From IMG/VR virus record IMGVR_UViG_3300034523_000228, positions 1 through 39,702 of that record: DNA of 39,702 bases; one strand, 5' to 3'. The translations under genes and the position numbers were made by a program. The notes under the pieces were generated by a model. It searched no databases and was not told the DNA's origin. It was given only the letters and a program-made list of their open reading frames with translations. Each line of letters opens with the position of its first letter. The stretch's first letter is position 1. This DNA is from a virus. Taxonomy: Duplodnaviria > Caudoviricetes. This document shows positions 1-7,290 of the stretch, piece after piece.

Positions 1-213
1 ACCCGGCTTTCGAATCTCCACGCCCTCGCGGCGCAGCCATCTGTGGATGGTTGCCACTGGTACGCTGGTTTCGTGGCTGACCTCGCTCATGCTTCTCCCG
101 GACGCGTACAGCTCGAATACCTTCGCCTCAAGCTGGAGGTCTCGCCGGGATTTGGAGCGCGAGCGATTCGCCTCGCCGATTCTCCGCTTGTGTTCTTCCG
201 TCAGCTTCTTCAT
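1..213 (-). CDS. Partial NUMOD3/HTH DNA-binding protein, possibly an HNH homing endonuclease (runs off window)
   Basis: Manual translation from ATG at 213: MRKLTEEHKRRIGEANRSRSK...VFELYASGRSMSEVSHETSVPVATIHRWLRREGVEIRKPG; NUMOD3-like start then HTH; not in the ORF track. Confidence 0.55.
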   Translation of the reverse strand, partial: MKKLTEEHKRRIGEANRSRSKSRRDLQLEAKVFELYASGRSMSEVSHETSVPVATIHRWLRREGVEIRKPG

Positions 214-216
214 GGC

Positions 217-1023
217 TCAGCCATCCCTATAGGGGCACGATTTCCAACGCGGGCAGTACTTCTGGCTGCACAGCGGGCTTTGCGGGTTGGGAGGGAACAG
301 TCCGGAGCGGAACATGTCGGAGGCGAACTTGATCAGGCCGGGATGCTCGGCAGTTCCGGCCATCACCTGGCGCGCGCCGACGATCTCGCCGACCGCCGCC
401 TCGGGCTTGCCCTTCGTCTTCAGGCCGATGATCTCGGCCGGCGCGGTGATCGGGTCGCCGGTGGTGTGCTCGTAGAGCAGTTCGTAGGTCCCGATCTGGG
501 CTTTGTGGCCCTTGGTCTTGGCCACGCCCTGGCTCACCGCGGCGCCGCCGGTCTTCACGTCGGCGATGCCGACGCCGTGGCTATCGCGCTTGATGCGGGC
601 CCGGTCGAGTTGGCCGGTCAGGCGGACAAGGATGCCGCCACCGCAGTCGATCTCCATCGGCTTGGTCGTCAACTCGACGGCGACGAAGTCGTAGCGCGGA
701 CTGATGTCGTTGCAGTACTTCGTGTGCAGCGTCAGTCCGGTGGACTCGGCTTCGCGCGGGCTGATGTCGGAGCCGCGCCAGTCCACTTCGAAATCGGGCT
801 GCTGCAGCGTGTGCACCAGCAGTTCAGAGGCGTCGTAGGCGCTGATCGGCTCGCCGTTCACCCGCGCAGCGTCGAACGCGGCGGTGCTGGCGTGGATCGC
901 GGTACCGAGTAGCGCCCGGGGGGATGACGGGTTGCGCATCTTCAGGAGGTGTACGCCCTCCCACTTGAACGCGCAGTCGAACAGCGCGCCCCAGGACGAG
1001 GCGCGCACGGTGATGGTTTGCAT
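217..1023 (-). CDS. PD-(D/E)XK Cas4/RecB-like phage exonuclease
   Basis: GTAIH, GQLD, ADVKTG and QIGTY motifs; one N-terminal Cys plus C-terminal CSQKYCPRWKSC (possible Fe-S ligands). Confidence 0.85.
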   Translation of the reverse strand: MQTITVRASSWGALFDCAFKWEGVHLLKMRNPSSPRALLGTAIHASTAAFDAARVNGEPISAYDASELLVHTLQQPDFEVDWRGSDISPREAESTGLTLHTKYCNDISPRYDFVAVELTTKPMEIDCGGGILVRLTGQLDRARIKRDSHGVGIADVKTGGAAVSQGVAKTKGHKAQIGTYELLYEHTTGDPITAPAEIIGLKTKGKPEAAVGEIVGARQVMAGTAEHPGLIKFASDMFRSGLFPPNPQSPLCSQKYCPRWKSCPYRDG

Positions 1024-1030
1024 TGTTGGC

Positions 1031-1168
1031 TCACTTCCCGGCGATGGGTGCCGTGGCGGGTTGTTCGGCGGTGATCAGACCGCCCCAGGCAGGGGCGAAG
1101 ATGAGCAGGATGTAGAAGGCGGTCATGGCCAGGGCACCGAGAAGGGTGGCTTTACGCTTCGCGTTCAT
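1031..1168 (-). CDS. Small membrane protein (45 aa)
   Basis: MNAKRKATLLGALAMTAFYILLIFAPAWGGL...; start overlaps the upstream stop (ATGA); one hydrophobic segment. Confidence 0.55.
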   Translation of the reverse strand: MNAKRKATLLGALAMTAFYILLIFAPAWGGLITAEQPATAPIAGK

Positions 1169-1404
1169 GACTTCACCTTCTTCAGCACGGCGGTGAGCAG
1201 CCGGTAGTAGCGCGCGAAGCGCTCTGGGTTGGCCTCCTCAAGCCGCCAGCCCGGATCGCCGCAGCCGCAGGAGCAGCCGCGCTCAATCGGGAAGTGCTTG
1301 TTGATGATCGCCCTGGCCTCGGCATTGATTGCCGCCCGGCGCGTCAAGAAGCGGCGCCGCGCCGTAGGAGCGAAGAAAACCGTCGAGAGTTGCGGCTCAA
1401 TCAC
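1165..1404 (-). CDS. Hypothetical early protein
   Basis: 79 aa ORF tightly packed in the leftward operon; CSCGC motif. Confidence 0.6.
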   Translation of the reverse strand: MIEPQLSTVFFAPTARRRFLTRRAAINAEARAIINKHFPIERGCSCGCGDPGWRLEEANPERFARYYRLLTAVLKKVKS

Positions 1405-1579
1405 GACGCACCCCCAGGCACTTCCGGCCTTTCTTGATGGTCACGGCCATGCGGCGCGGGAGATTCACCACCAGGGTCTCGCGAGGCAGGCCGAGTACCG
1501 CGGCGATGTCGGCGCCGGCAGGCATCACCAGGTCGTCGAGCTGGTCGTCGATGATCGAGCGAACGGGGCGGGTGGTCAT
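1397..1579 (-). CDS. Hypothetical early protein
   Basis: 60 aa; overlaps both neighbours; AGGAG upstream. Confidence 0.6.
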   Translation of the reverse strand: MTTRPVRSIIDDQLDDLVMPAGADIAAVLGLPRETLVVNLPRRMAVTIKKGRKCLGVRRD

Positions 1580-1797
1580 GTGTTCGTGCTCCTGAGTTCT
1601 GCCCAGCGCGAATCCGCCGCGGCGTCGAGCCGGCGGCGCATGTCGTCGTAGAGGCGGGTGTCGATGAAGTCCACTGCGTAGGCCAGTTCGATCTGGCCGT
1701 GGAGGAAGCTCTGTTCGGGGCGCGGGAAGTGGGACCGGCGCATGGCCGTGATGCCTTCCTCAATCATCCGAACCGCGCGTTCATTGCTGAAGGCCAT
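1576..1797 (-). CDS. Hypothetical early protein (MAFSNERAV...)
   Basis: Internal ATG of the 1576..2076 ORF with AGGAGG upstream. Confidence 0.65.
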   Translation of the reverse strand: MAFSNERAVRMIEEGITAMRRSHFPRPEQSFLHGQIELAYAVDFIDTRLYDDMRRRLDAAADSRWAELRSTNT

Positions 1798-1933
1798 CGT
1801 CGTCCTCCTGCTCTTCGTCCTCGTGCTCCGGTTCCGGCTCCGGCTGGTCCCAGAGCGGGTCGACGGCACGGTCGTAAGCGAGTTGCGCGTTGCTGAAAGC
1901 CGCGCGGTTGCGGCGCTCGCGGTATGTCCACAT
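1781..1933 (-). CDS. Small acidic-tailed protein (MWTYRERRNRAAFS...EPEPEHEDEEQEDDDGLQQ)
   Basis: Manual translation, 50 aa; GGAG upstream; overlaps the next gene. Confidence 0.5.
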   Translation of the reverse strand: MWTYRERRNRAAFSNAQLAYDRAVDPLWDQPEPEPEHEDEEQEDDDGLQQ

Positions 1934-2032
1934 CGGGATGCTCTCCGTGGTTCACCTGCATTCGGCAGCACCCAGGCACACGGCAGTCGTGCCCGGTGGG
2001 GCGCCGTGGTGGGTGCTCTCGAATGGGGGTTG

Positions 2033-2056
2033 AAAAAAGCCCGGCCGGAGCCGGGC
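2033..2056 (-). terminator. Rho-independent terminator
   Basis: GCCCGGC-TCCG-GCCGGGC followed by T6 on the minus strand. Confidence 0.75.
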
Positions 2057-2433
2057 AAAGAGGGGGAACGCTGCATGCGCAGCGGGGAGTGATCGGCGCG
2101 AGGGCGTCCCCTCTGGCTCCGTCCGCGCCACCAGCCGGCGGCGTTGCTCGTTGGCTCGCCTGCTTACGAGGCAGGTGCCTGACTCGGCTGCCGATCACTC
2201 TCCGCTACGCCCTGGCCGAGCCAGGAGCAGGAAAGAGAAGGGCGCCGCCAAGCGCCCTGTCTCCACTTACATGCACCGCCTTATGTGAAAGCGGTTGGGT
2301 ACAGGCTCGACCGCATGTTGGCGATCTGCCGATTGAGGCTGGGCTACATGGTGAGGTCCTCCGTTGTACGCGCCGTCGGACCGGCGGGCGCTCGCCGTAG
2401 GTTAAACGCCCGGCAATGGGCCAGGCGCCGAAG

Positions 2434-2805
2434 TCAGGAGATCGCAGTGCAGGCCCGCAACGCCACCGGCGCCGACTGGCCTTCGATCCAGATAACCGCC
2501 GCCCCGCCAAGCGACACGCTGGCCCGGCCGACGGTGCGGGTGCGCTGCGGTTCGGCCCCTCGGTACGGGCGGTACTCGATCAGCGCTGGCGCCGGGTGCT
2601 CTCGGTTCCAGACCTCGACCAACTCCGCCGGCGGCACAGGGCGGACGTTGCCGATCTGCTGGTAGATCTCGGAGCGGTGGATGGCGACGTCGTCCGGGGC
2701 GGTGATACCGAGGCGCACCTGGTCGCCTTGGCTGCCGAGGACCGTGACGGTGATGTTGTCGCCGATATGCAGGGTTTCGCCGGGTCTTCTGGTCAGGATC
2801 AGCAT
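2434..2805 (-). CDS. csrA: CsrA/RsmA-family RNA-binding protein with C-terminal extension
   Basis: [48 protein letters not shown] is a canonical CsrA core; about 70 extra residues follow. Confidence 0.9.
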   Translation of the reverse strand: MLILTRRPGETLHIGDNITVTVLGSQGDQVRLGITAPDDVAIHRSEIYQQIGNVRPVPPAELVEVWNREHPAPALIEYRPYRGAEPQRTRTVGRASVSLGGAAVIWIEGQSAPVALRACTAIS

Positions 2806-2861
2806 GGTGTGACTCCGTTCGGGGTGACGGCCACCTCAGGGAAGCGGCGCGAGGTAAGCGG

Positions 2862-3401
2862 TCAGTACGGTTTCTCGACCTTTCCTTGGTCTTGCAGGCT
2901 CTTGACCTTGAAGAGCTCAGAGAGGATGTCATCCATCACCTTGCCCATCTGATTGCGCAGGCCGTCCTTCAGGTGACCGGTGATGTTCACGGCGCTGTCC
3001 TTCATCTGCTTCGAGAAGTCTTCGGCGCAGATTTGCGTCATCAGGTATTCGGCGCGGGTGACAGAGTTGTAACCGCCATCGGCTCTACCAGTGCGTGGAT
3101 CGACCTTCGCAGACCAATAGCCGCTTACAGTTCGCTCCAGCTCTTTGCGAATGCTGGTCGGCTCACCTTCCGGCTGCCCCCAAGCGGTGACGCGCTGGTA
3201 ATCGCGCTCGAAGCAGTTGTGCACGGTTTCGTCGATTGCTTTCTCGACCTGGGCCATTGCGCGTTCGGCGAAGATCTTGTCGATGCGAGATTTCACTTCC
3301 CTGGCAATCAGCCCTGAGAGTTCGCTGTCATGGCTCAGGATCTCGTCTGCGGCTTTCGCAACGATGGCGGCTTTCAGGTCTTCTTCATTGATGTTCAGCA
3401 T
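2862..3401 (-). CDS. Hypothetical helical early protein (179 aa)
   Basis: ATG at 3401 with GGAGG RBS. Confidence 0.75.
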   Translation of the reverse strand: MLNINEEDLKAAIVAKAADEILSHDSELSGLIAREVKSRIDKIFAERAMAQVEKAIDETVHNCFERDYQRVTAWGQPEGEPTSIRKELERTVSGYWSAKVDPRTGRADGGYNSVTRAEYLMTQICAEDFSKQMKDSAVNITGHLKDGLRNQMGKVMDDILSELFKVKSLQDQGKVEKPY

Positions 3402-3442
3402 ATCCGTGCCCTCCAGGGCTGGTGTTCGGTGACTTTGCGGCG

Positions 3443-3706
3443 TCAGCCCAAGCGATCCGGGACGACCTTCATTGCCTCGGCGACGAGCTTGTGGGCCCCT
3501 TCGGAGTCCACCGTGGCGAACCCCTTTTCGGCGTAGTCCCACTGCTCGTCTTCATCGCCGGGGAAGTTGCTGCACGCCACTGAACAGACGCCCAGGCCGT
3601 CGGGCTTGAAGTAGAGGCGCACCTCCGGGCCGTCATCCCCGCGATCAAGCATCACGAGCACCTGGCCCAGGTCTTCGAACTCGAAGAGCTTCGCGAAATA
3701 GTTCAT
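3443..3706 (-). CDS. Hypothetical protein
   Basis: 87 aa; AAGGA RBS; host-like codon use. Confidence 0.75.
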   Translation of the reverse strand: MNYFAKLFEFEDLGQVLVMLDRGDDGPEVRLYFKPDGLGVCSVACSNFPGDEDEQWDYAEKGFATVDSEGAHKLVAEAMKVVPDRLG

Positions 3707-3748
3707 GTCCTTTCCTCGGTGATGCCCTGCTACCGGCAGGGCGGCGGG

Positions 3749-3964
3749 CTACTGATGGAGGACGCCGCGCCCGAACGGCTTGAAGCAGCATGCGCATACA
3801 GGAACGCCAGTTTCCTGTTCCAACTCGATGCTGCGTGCGGTGCTCCGGTAAGTGTTCGCGGCGAAGGTCAGGCCGGCGCGCTCAGCCTCATCCGCTGCCT
3901 GTAGCCATCCAGCAATCGCTGGGTGCGGGACTGGCTTAGGCGCCAGTTCGATTTCGATCTGCAT
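3749..3964 (-). CDS. Hypothetical protein with C-terminal CACC motif
   Basis: 71 aa; GGAGG RBS. Confidence 0.7.
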   Translation of the reverse strand: MQIEIELAPKPVPHPAIAGWLQAADEAERAGLTFAANTYRSTARSIELEQETGVPVCACCFKPFGRGVLHQ

Positions 3965-4013
3965 CGTCTGCCCTCCAGGGCGGTAAAGCCCCGGCGAACC
4001 GGGGCTGGGGTGA

Positions 4014-4799
4014 TCAGTCGTACAGGCCGTAGCTCAGGTCGTCAGGGTCGCAGTCGATCACCAGAATGGCGTTGCCGAAGTACAGCGATGCCAGCATGCG
4101 CTCCCACTTCGAGTACACCTGCATGTCTATGGCGATCTTCTTGTCGTCGAGCTTGGCGCTATAGACTTCGCCGAACTGCACCCTTGGCTTCCAGCGATCC
4201 CCGGTCTCGCGCTCGCCCTCGATGCTGATGTGAATGGCGTGTTTCAGGCTGTAGTTGCTTCGACCGGAGGATGAGTAGAGGCCGCTCCGGTAGCTGACTT
4301 CCGGCTCCGGATCGAAGTAGATGCTCAGCGTCTTGTGGGAGTAGTTGCCGTCGCCTTCTTCGAAGCGAACCTCAGGGCGCTCCCACTGGCCTTCGGCCGC
4401 ACTCTCCTTGTGGTGCTCGATGAATTCCTCGAACAGGGCCTTGAGCGACACCTCGCCGCTCAGCAGGCCGTCGCCGGTAAGCACCTCGGTGATCGACTTG
4501 TCGGCTTGTTCCAAGATAACCGCGCTCAGTGCCGCCGACTCCCAGCGCTGGCGAAGTGCATTTGCGACGATGGCGTTGTATCGCTGAAGGTCGAACACGT
4601 CGGAGACGTTGGCCGGCAGCGCGGCCTTGACAGCCTCCTTGACGGTGCCGCCGAAATCTCCGTAAGAGCGAAAAGCGTCGCTCACGACTTCCTTGAACAT
4701 CTTGTCGATACCTTCGTCAATCAGTTCGCGCGGTCTGTCGGATGCTGCGTAAAGGGTGACTCTTTCTGCTAGCAGGTCTTGCAGGGTTTGCTGGCTCAT
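4014..4799 (-). CDS. Hypothetical early protein, first clear gene of the pL operon
   Basis: Internal ATG (MSQQTLQDLL) of the 4014..5054 ORF with GGAG upstream. Confidence 0.75.
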   Translation of the reverse strand: MSQQTLQDLLAERVTLYAASDRPRELIDEGIDKMFKEVVSDAFRSYGDFGGTVKEAVKAALPANVSDVFDLQRYNAIVANALRQRWESAALSAVILEQADKSITEVLTGDGLLSGEVSLKALFEEFIEHHKESAAEGQWERPEVRFEEGDGNYSHKTLSIYFDPEPEVSYRSGLYSSSGRSNYSLKHAIHISIEGERETGDRWKPRVQFGEVYSAKLDDKKIAIDMQVYSKWERMLASLYFGNAILVIDCDPDDLSYGLYD

Positions 4800-5129
4800 C
4801 TGGTGCATGCTCCGTGCATTCGGTTGACTTCCCGTCTGGCCCTCGGTGGAGGGCCAGCCAGTGAAATCGGTGTTTCTCCCGCGTTCGCCTGCTGGGCTTC
4901 TACAACCCGCGGGTCTTTCGTCATTGCTGTCAGGGTTGACCGTGTCGCCGGCATGCCGCGCGCCGCAGTCTTGAGCACCGTTACCCGCCACCTGTGCCTG
5001 GGCGATGATTTCTTTCCATACGTTTTCTGGTTCAGCCGCTGGTGGCTTAGGCAATACGGCGTACTCAGGTGGGATTCGCCCACGCCGGGTACGTCAATGC
5101 CTGGCTTGGCCAGCGGCCTTTTGCGTGCG

Positions 5130-5142
5130 TTGTAAAAGAGCG
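5130..5142 (-). promoter_or_regulatory. boxA-like antitermination element
   Basis: CGCTCTTTTACAA about 40 nt downstream of pL; resembles lambdoid/rrn boxA. Confidence 0.5.
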
Positions 5143-5186
5143 GTCGGCTCGGTGGCCTGGCCAGCGATGTGTTGCTGGCGTGTAGA

Positions 5187-5228
5187 AAAATACACAACGT
5201 ATTTATCATGGTCAATACAAAACGTACT
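5187..5228 (-). promoter_or_regulatory. pL promoter with two OL operators
   Basis: TTGACC-17-TATTTT on the minus strand; AATAC-N5-GTATT (5189-5203) and AATAC-N5-GTACT (5214-5228) match the OR sites. Confidence 0.8.
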
Positions 5229-5242
5229 TATTTCTTCGGAAG

Positions 5243-5266
5243 AAAAGCCCGCTTGAGGGCGGGCTT
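5243..5266 (-). terminator. Terminator after the leftward DUF1654-like gene
   Basis: AAGCCCGC...GCGGGCTT hairpin with a T-run on the minus strand. Confidence 0.7.
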
Positions 5267-5278
5267 GATGGTCAAAGA

Positions 5279-5518
5279 TCAGTGAGGGAGGTCGACGTAC
5301 CAGTAAACGAATAGGCTCCCGTCATTTCGAGCCTCGACATTTACGCCGTCGATACTGCGGAGGTCTTGCTCCAGTCGAAGCCAGGCCCATGTCGGCTCAT
5401 TGCTCGCGCGCTTGATCCGCACGGACTGTTGGACTTGTGCCTGGGGGCTTTCAATCAGCGCCCGGACTCGGTCGACGACAGCGATATAGGTGGTTTCGGA
5501 CCATGGAGAGAACAGCAT
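5279..5518 (-). CDS. DUF1654-like protein (paralogue 1, 79 aa)
   Basis: ATG at 5518 with AAGGAG; IESPQAQ..SVRIKR..AW..DG..NDGSL...W aligns with the divergent neighbour. Confidence 0.7.
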   Translation of the reverse strand: MLFSPWSETTYIAVVDRVRALIESPQAQVQQSVRIKRASNEPTWAWLRLEQDLRSIDGVNVEARNDGSLFVYWYVDLPH

Positions 5519-5576
5519 TCCGAGTACTCCTTGTGCTTCGATGCTGGCAGTTGCTGACAGAATTCTTCTATAAGAA

Positions 5577-5596
5577 TACTGTATGAATATACAGTA
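5577..5596. promoter_or_regulatory. LexA (SOS) box
   Basis: TACTGTATGAATATACAGTA = CTG-N10-CAG with an AT-rich spacer, close to consensus. Confidence 0.85.
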
Positions 5597-5611
5597 TGGA
5601 GGATTCTTTCG

Positions 5612-5929
5612 ATGGCCAAACAACAGAAGAAGCAGGACGCGAAACCGATGGCTCCGGTTGAGAAATTGGGGCTCCGCATATCGGAGATGATCAACTCACC
5701 GAAAGCACAGGACCTGCGCACGGTGACGATCCATCGCTTGGACACGGATCCAGATGAGGCGTGGGACCAGGTGATGGAACTGCTGTCCGAGACCGACGGC
5801 ATTGACATGGTTTTCAACGACGACGGCACGGTAACGCTGAAGTGGGAGGAGCGGGATGGGAGTGACGGCCAGGTGGAAAACCAGAGCGAGGATATGGCGA
5901 CCTATCAGGTCAAGAGGAGGGGTAGCTGA
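5612..5929 (+). CDS. DUF1654-like protein (paralogue 2)
   Basis: GGAGG RBS; EKLGLRISEMINSPKAQ..VTIHRLDTD...W...NDDGTVTLKW is typical of this Pseudomonas family. Confidence 0.8.
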   Translation: MAKQQKKQDAKPMAPVEKLGLRISEMINSPKAQDLRTVTIHRLDTDPDEAWDQVMELLSETDGIDMVFNDDGTVTLKWEERDGSDGQVENQSEDMATYQVKRRGS

Positions 5930-5982
5930 TCGACGGGTAAGGCCGCCTTAGCCCTATGTGCCAGGCGGCCAAATTCGGCGGA

Positions 5983-6615
5983 TCACCTGAACTTGCGGAT
6001 AGCTCGGGTGACAACGCCGACCATCTCGCAGTTGTCGTCGATGGATAGCATGCGATATGCGGGGTTCAGGGGTTTCAGGTACTTCTGGCCTGCGTCGGAC
6101 ACGAACTGTTTGAAGGTTGCCTCGTTGCTGTCGGCCAGCTTCGCAACCACCAGATCGCCAGGCCTCGGCTCGAGCCCGGTGTCGACGAGGATCAACATGC
6201 CTTCCGGAATGCTCTCGCCGGCAGGAGCTGTCATCGAATCCCCCTTCACCTCCAGCCAGAATGACCTTCCCTTTCCCTTGTAGTCACTGAGTTCGAATGT
6301 ATCGAAGCCGGCCGGCTCTATCGCTTCGCGCCAAGCGCCTGCGGCGACCCAGCTAACTATCGGGTATCGATACATGCGGGTCGGCTGATCTGCTGGTGCC
6401 ACGTTCTGCACTCGATCATCAGGCAACTGGATTGTGAGAGGGGGGAGATTGAGCAAGGTCAACATTTGGTTGATGTCGGTAATGCTGGGCTCTCTCCGCC
6501 CGTTTAGCCAGTGCGCTACGGCCCCCTGAGTTTTCCCCATCTGCTCTGCGAGCTGCGCTTGTGTGATGTCCTGCCGCGCCATGGCATTGCGGACTATCTG
6601 TATCCAGTTGTTCAT
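5983..6615 (-). CDS. cI: CI-like repressor (HTH plus S24 autopeptidase)
   Basis: HTH TQAQLAEQMGKTQGAVAHWLNGRREP; cleavage site VAAG; catalytic GDSM and ATFKQF. Confidence 0.95.
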   Translation of the reverse strand: MNNWIQIVRNAMARQDITQAQLAEQMGKTQGAVAHWLNGRREPSITDINQMLTLLNLPPLTIQLPDDRVQNVAPADQPTRMYRYPIVSWVAAGAWREAIEPAGFDTFELSDYKGKGRSFWLEVKGDSMTAPAGESIPEGMLILVDTGLEPRPGDLVVAKLADSNEATFKQFVSDAGQKYLKPLNPAYRMLSIDDNCEMVGVVTRAIRKFR

Positions 6616-6622
6616 GGGCGGA

Positions 6623-6699
6623 ATGCTACAGACCGTATTAGCAAGTGCAACGCACGTCATGTACTAATCCTTGCAAGAAATAAGTACGAAATGTATTTT
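6623..6699. promoter_or_regulatory. OR region: pR, pRM and three operators
   Basis: pR TTGCAA-17-TATTTT (6671-6699); pRM-like TTGCAC-16-TAGCAT on minus; operators at 6625-6639, 6651-6665 and 6683-6697 fit (T/C)AC-N5-GTA(T/C)T. Confidence 0.75.
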
Positions 6700-6730
6700 C
6701 AAAAAAGGACACTTCACCTTGGAGGACGCC

Positions 6731-6973
6731 ATGAGTGCCTTGAAAGCCATCCGCAAGCAGGCGGGTGTGACTCAGACCCAGCTTGCCGAGCGAGTTGGGC
6801 TGACCCAGGCCGCAATCGGCCACTACGAAACAGGGCGCCGTAAGCCTGGACTCAGTGAATGCCGACGTATCGTGGCGGCACTGAATGACCTTGGTGCTGA
6901 ATGCACGCTGGCTGAAGCTTTCCCTGAGCCAGAGCATGACTCGCTTGCTGTATCCGTCCAAATGGCGTCCTGA
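6731..6973 (+). CDS. cro: Cro-like HTH regulator
   Basis: GGAGG RBS; XRE HTH; divergent from cI. Confidence 0.85.
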   Translation: MSALKAIRKQAGVTQTQLAERVGLTQAAIGHYETGRRKPGLSECRRIVAALNDLGAECTLAEAFPEPEHDSLAVSVQMAS

Positions 6974-6975
6974 CC

Positions 6976-7290
6976 ATGTCGACGAGCAAGTTAACCCCCG
7001 AGCAAGAGTCAAGATCACGCGATTTCGAGGCGCTGTTCTTGAGCCAGCTTCTGTCGGTGGGCCAGAAAGTCGTCGCCGATTCAGTCGGCTTGAGCGAGTC
7101 GGCTATCACCGGGTGGAAGAAGGACGGCCTCATCGAGCGCTTCTGCAAGGCCGCCTCGGTGCTTGAGCTTCAGATCGTTCCCCAGCATGCGGTGGTCGTC
7201 AGCGCGGACTATCTCCGTTCGCTGGAGACGCTGGCCGAGTTGGGCCTCAAGGCCGAGAAGAAGCGGCCAGGACCGCTGGGTTGGGACTGA
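6976..7290 (+). CDS. cII: CII-family activator
   Basis: GQKVVADSVGLSESAITGWK HTH; position after cro. Confidence 0.75.
   Translation: MSTSKLTPEQESRSRDFEALFLSQLLSVGQKVVADSVGLSESAITGWKKDGLIERFCKAASVLELQIVPQHAVVVSADYLRSLETLAELGLKAEKKRPGPLGWD

Noticed and set aside
217-1023. CRISPR-associated Cas4
   Set aside because: No array or other cas genes; the context is a phage recombination operon
4800-5054. N-terminal extension of the 346-aa ORF
   Set aside because: No RBS at the upstream start and atypical composition; ATG 4799 is better supported
6976-7010. CII-binding site (TTGC-N6-TTGC) for pRE
   Set aside because: The two GCAA tetramers are 12 nt apart, not 6
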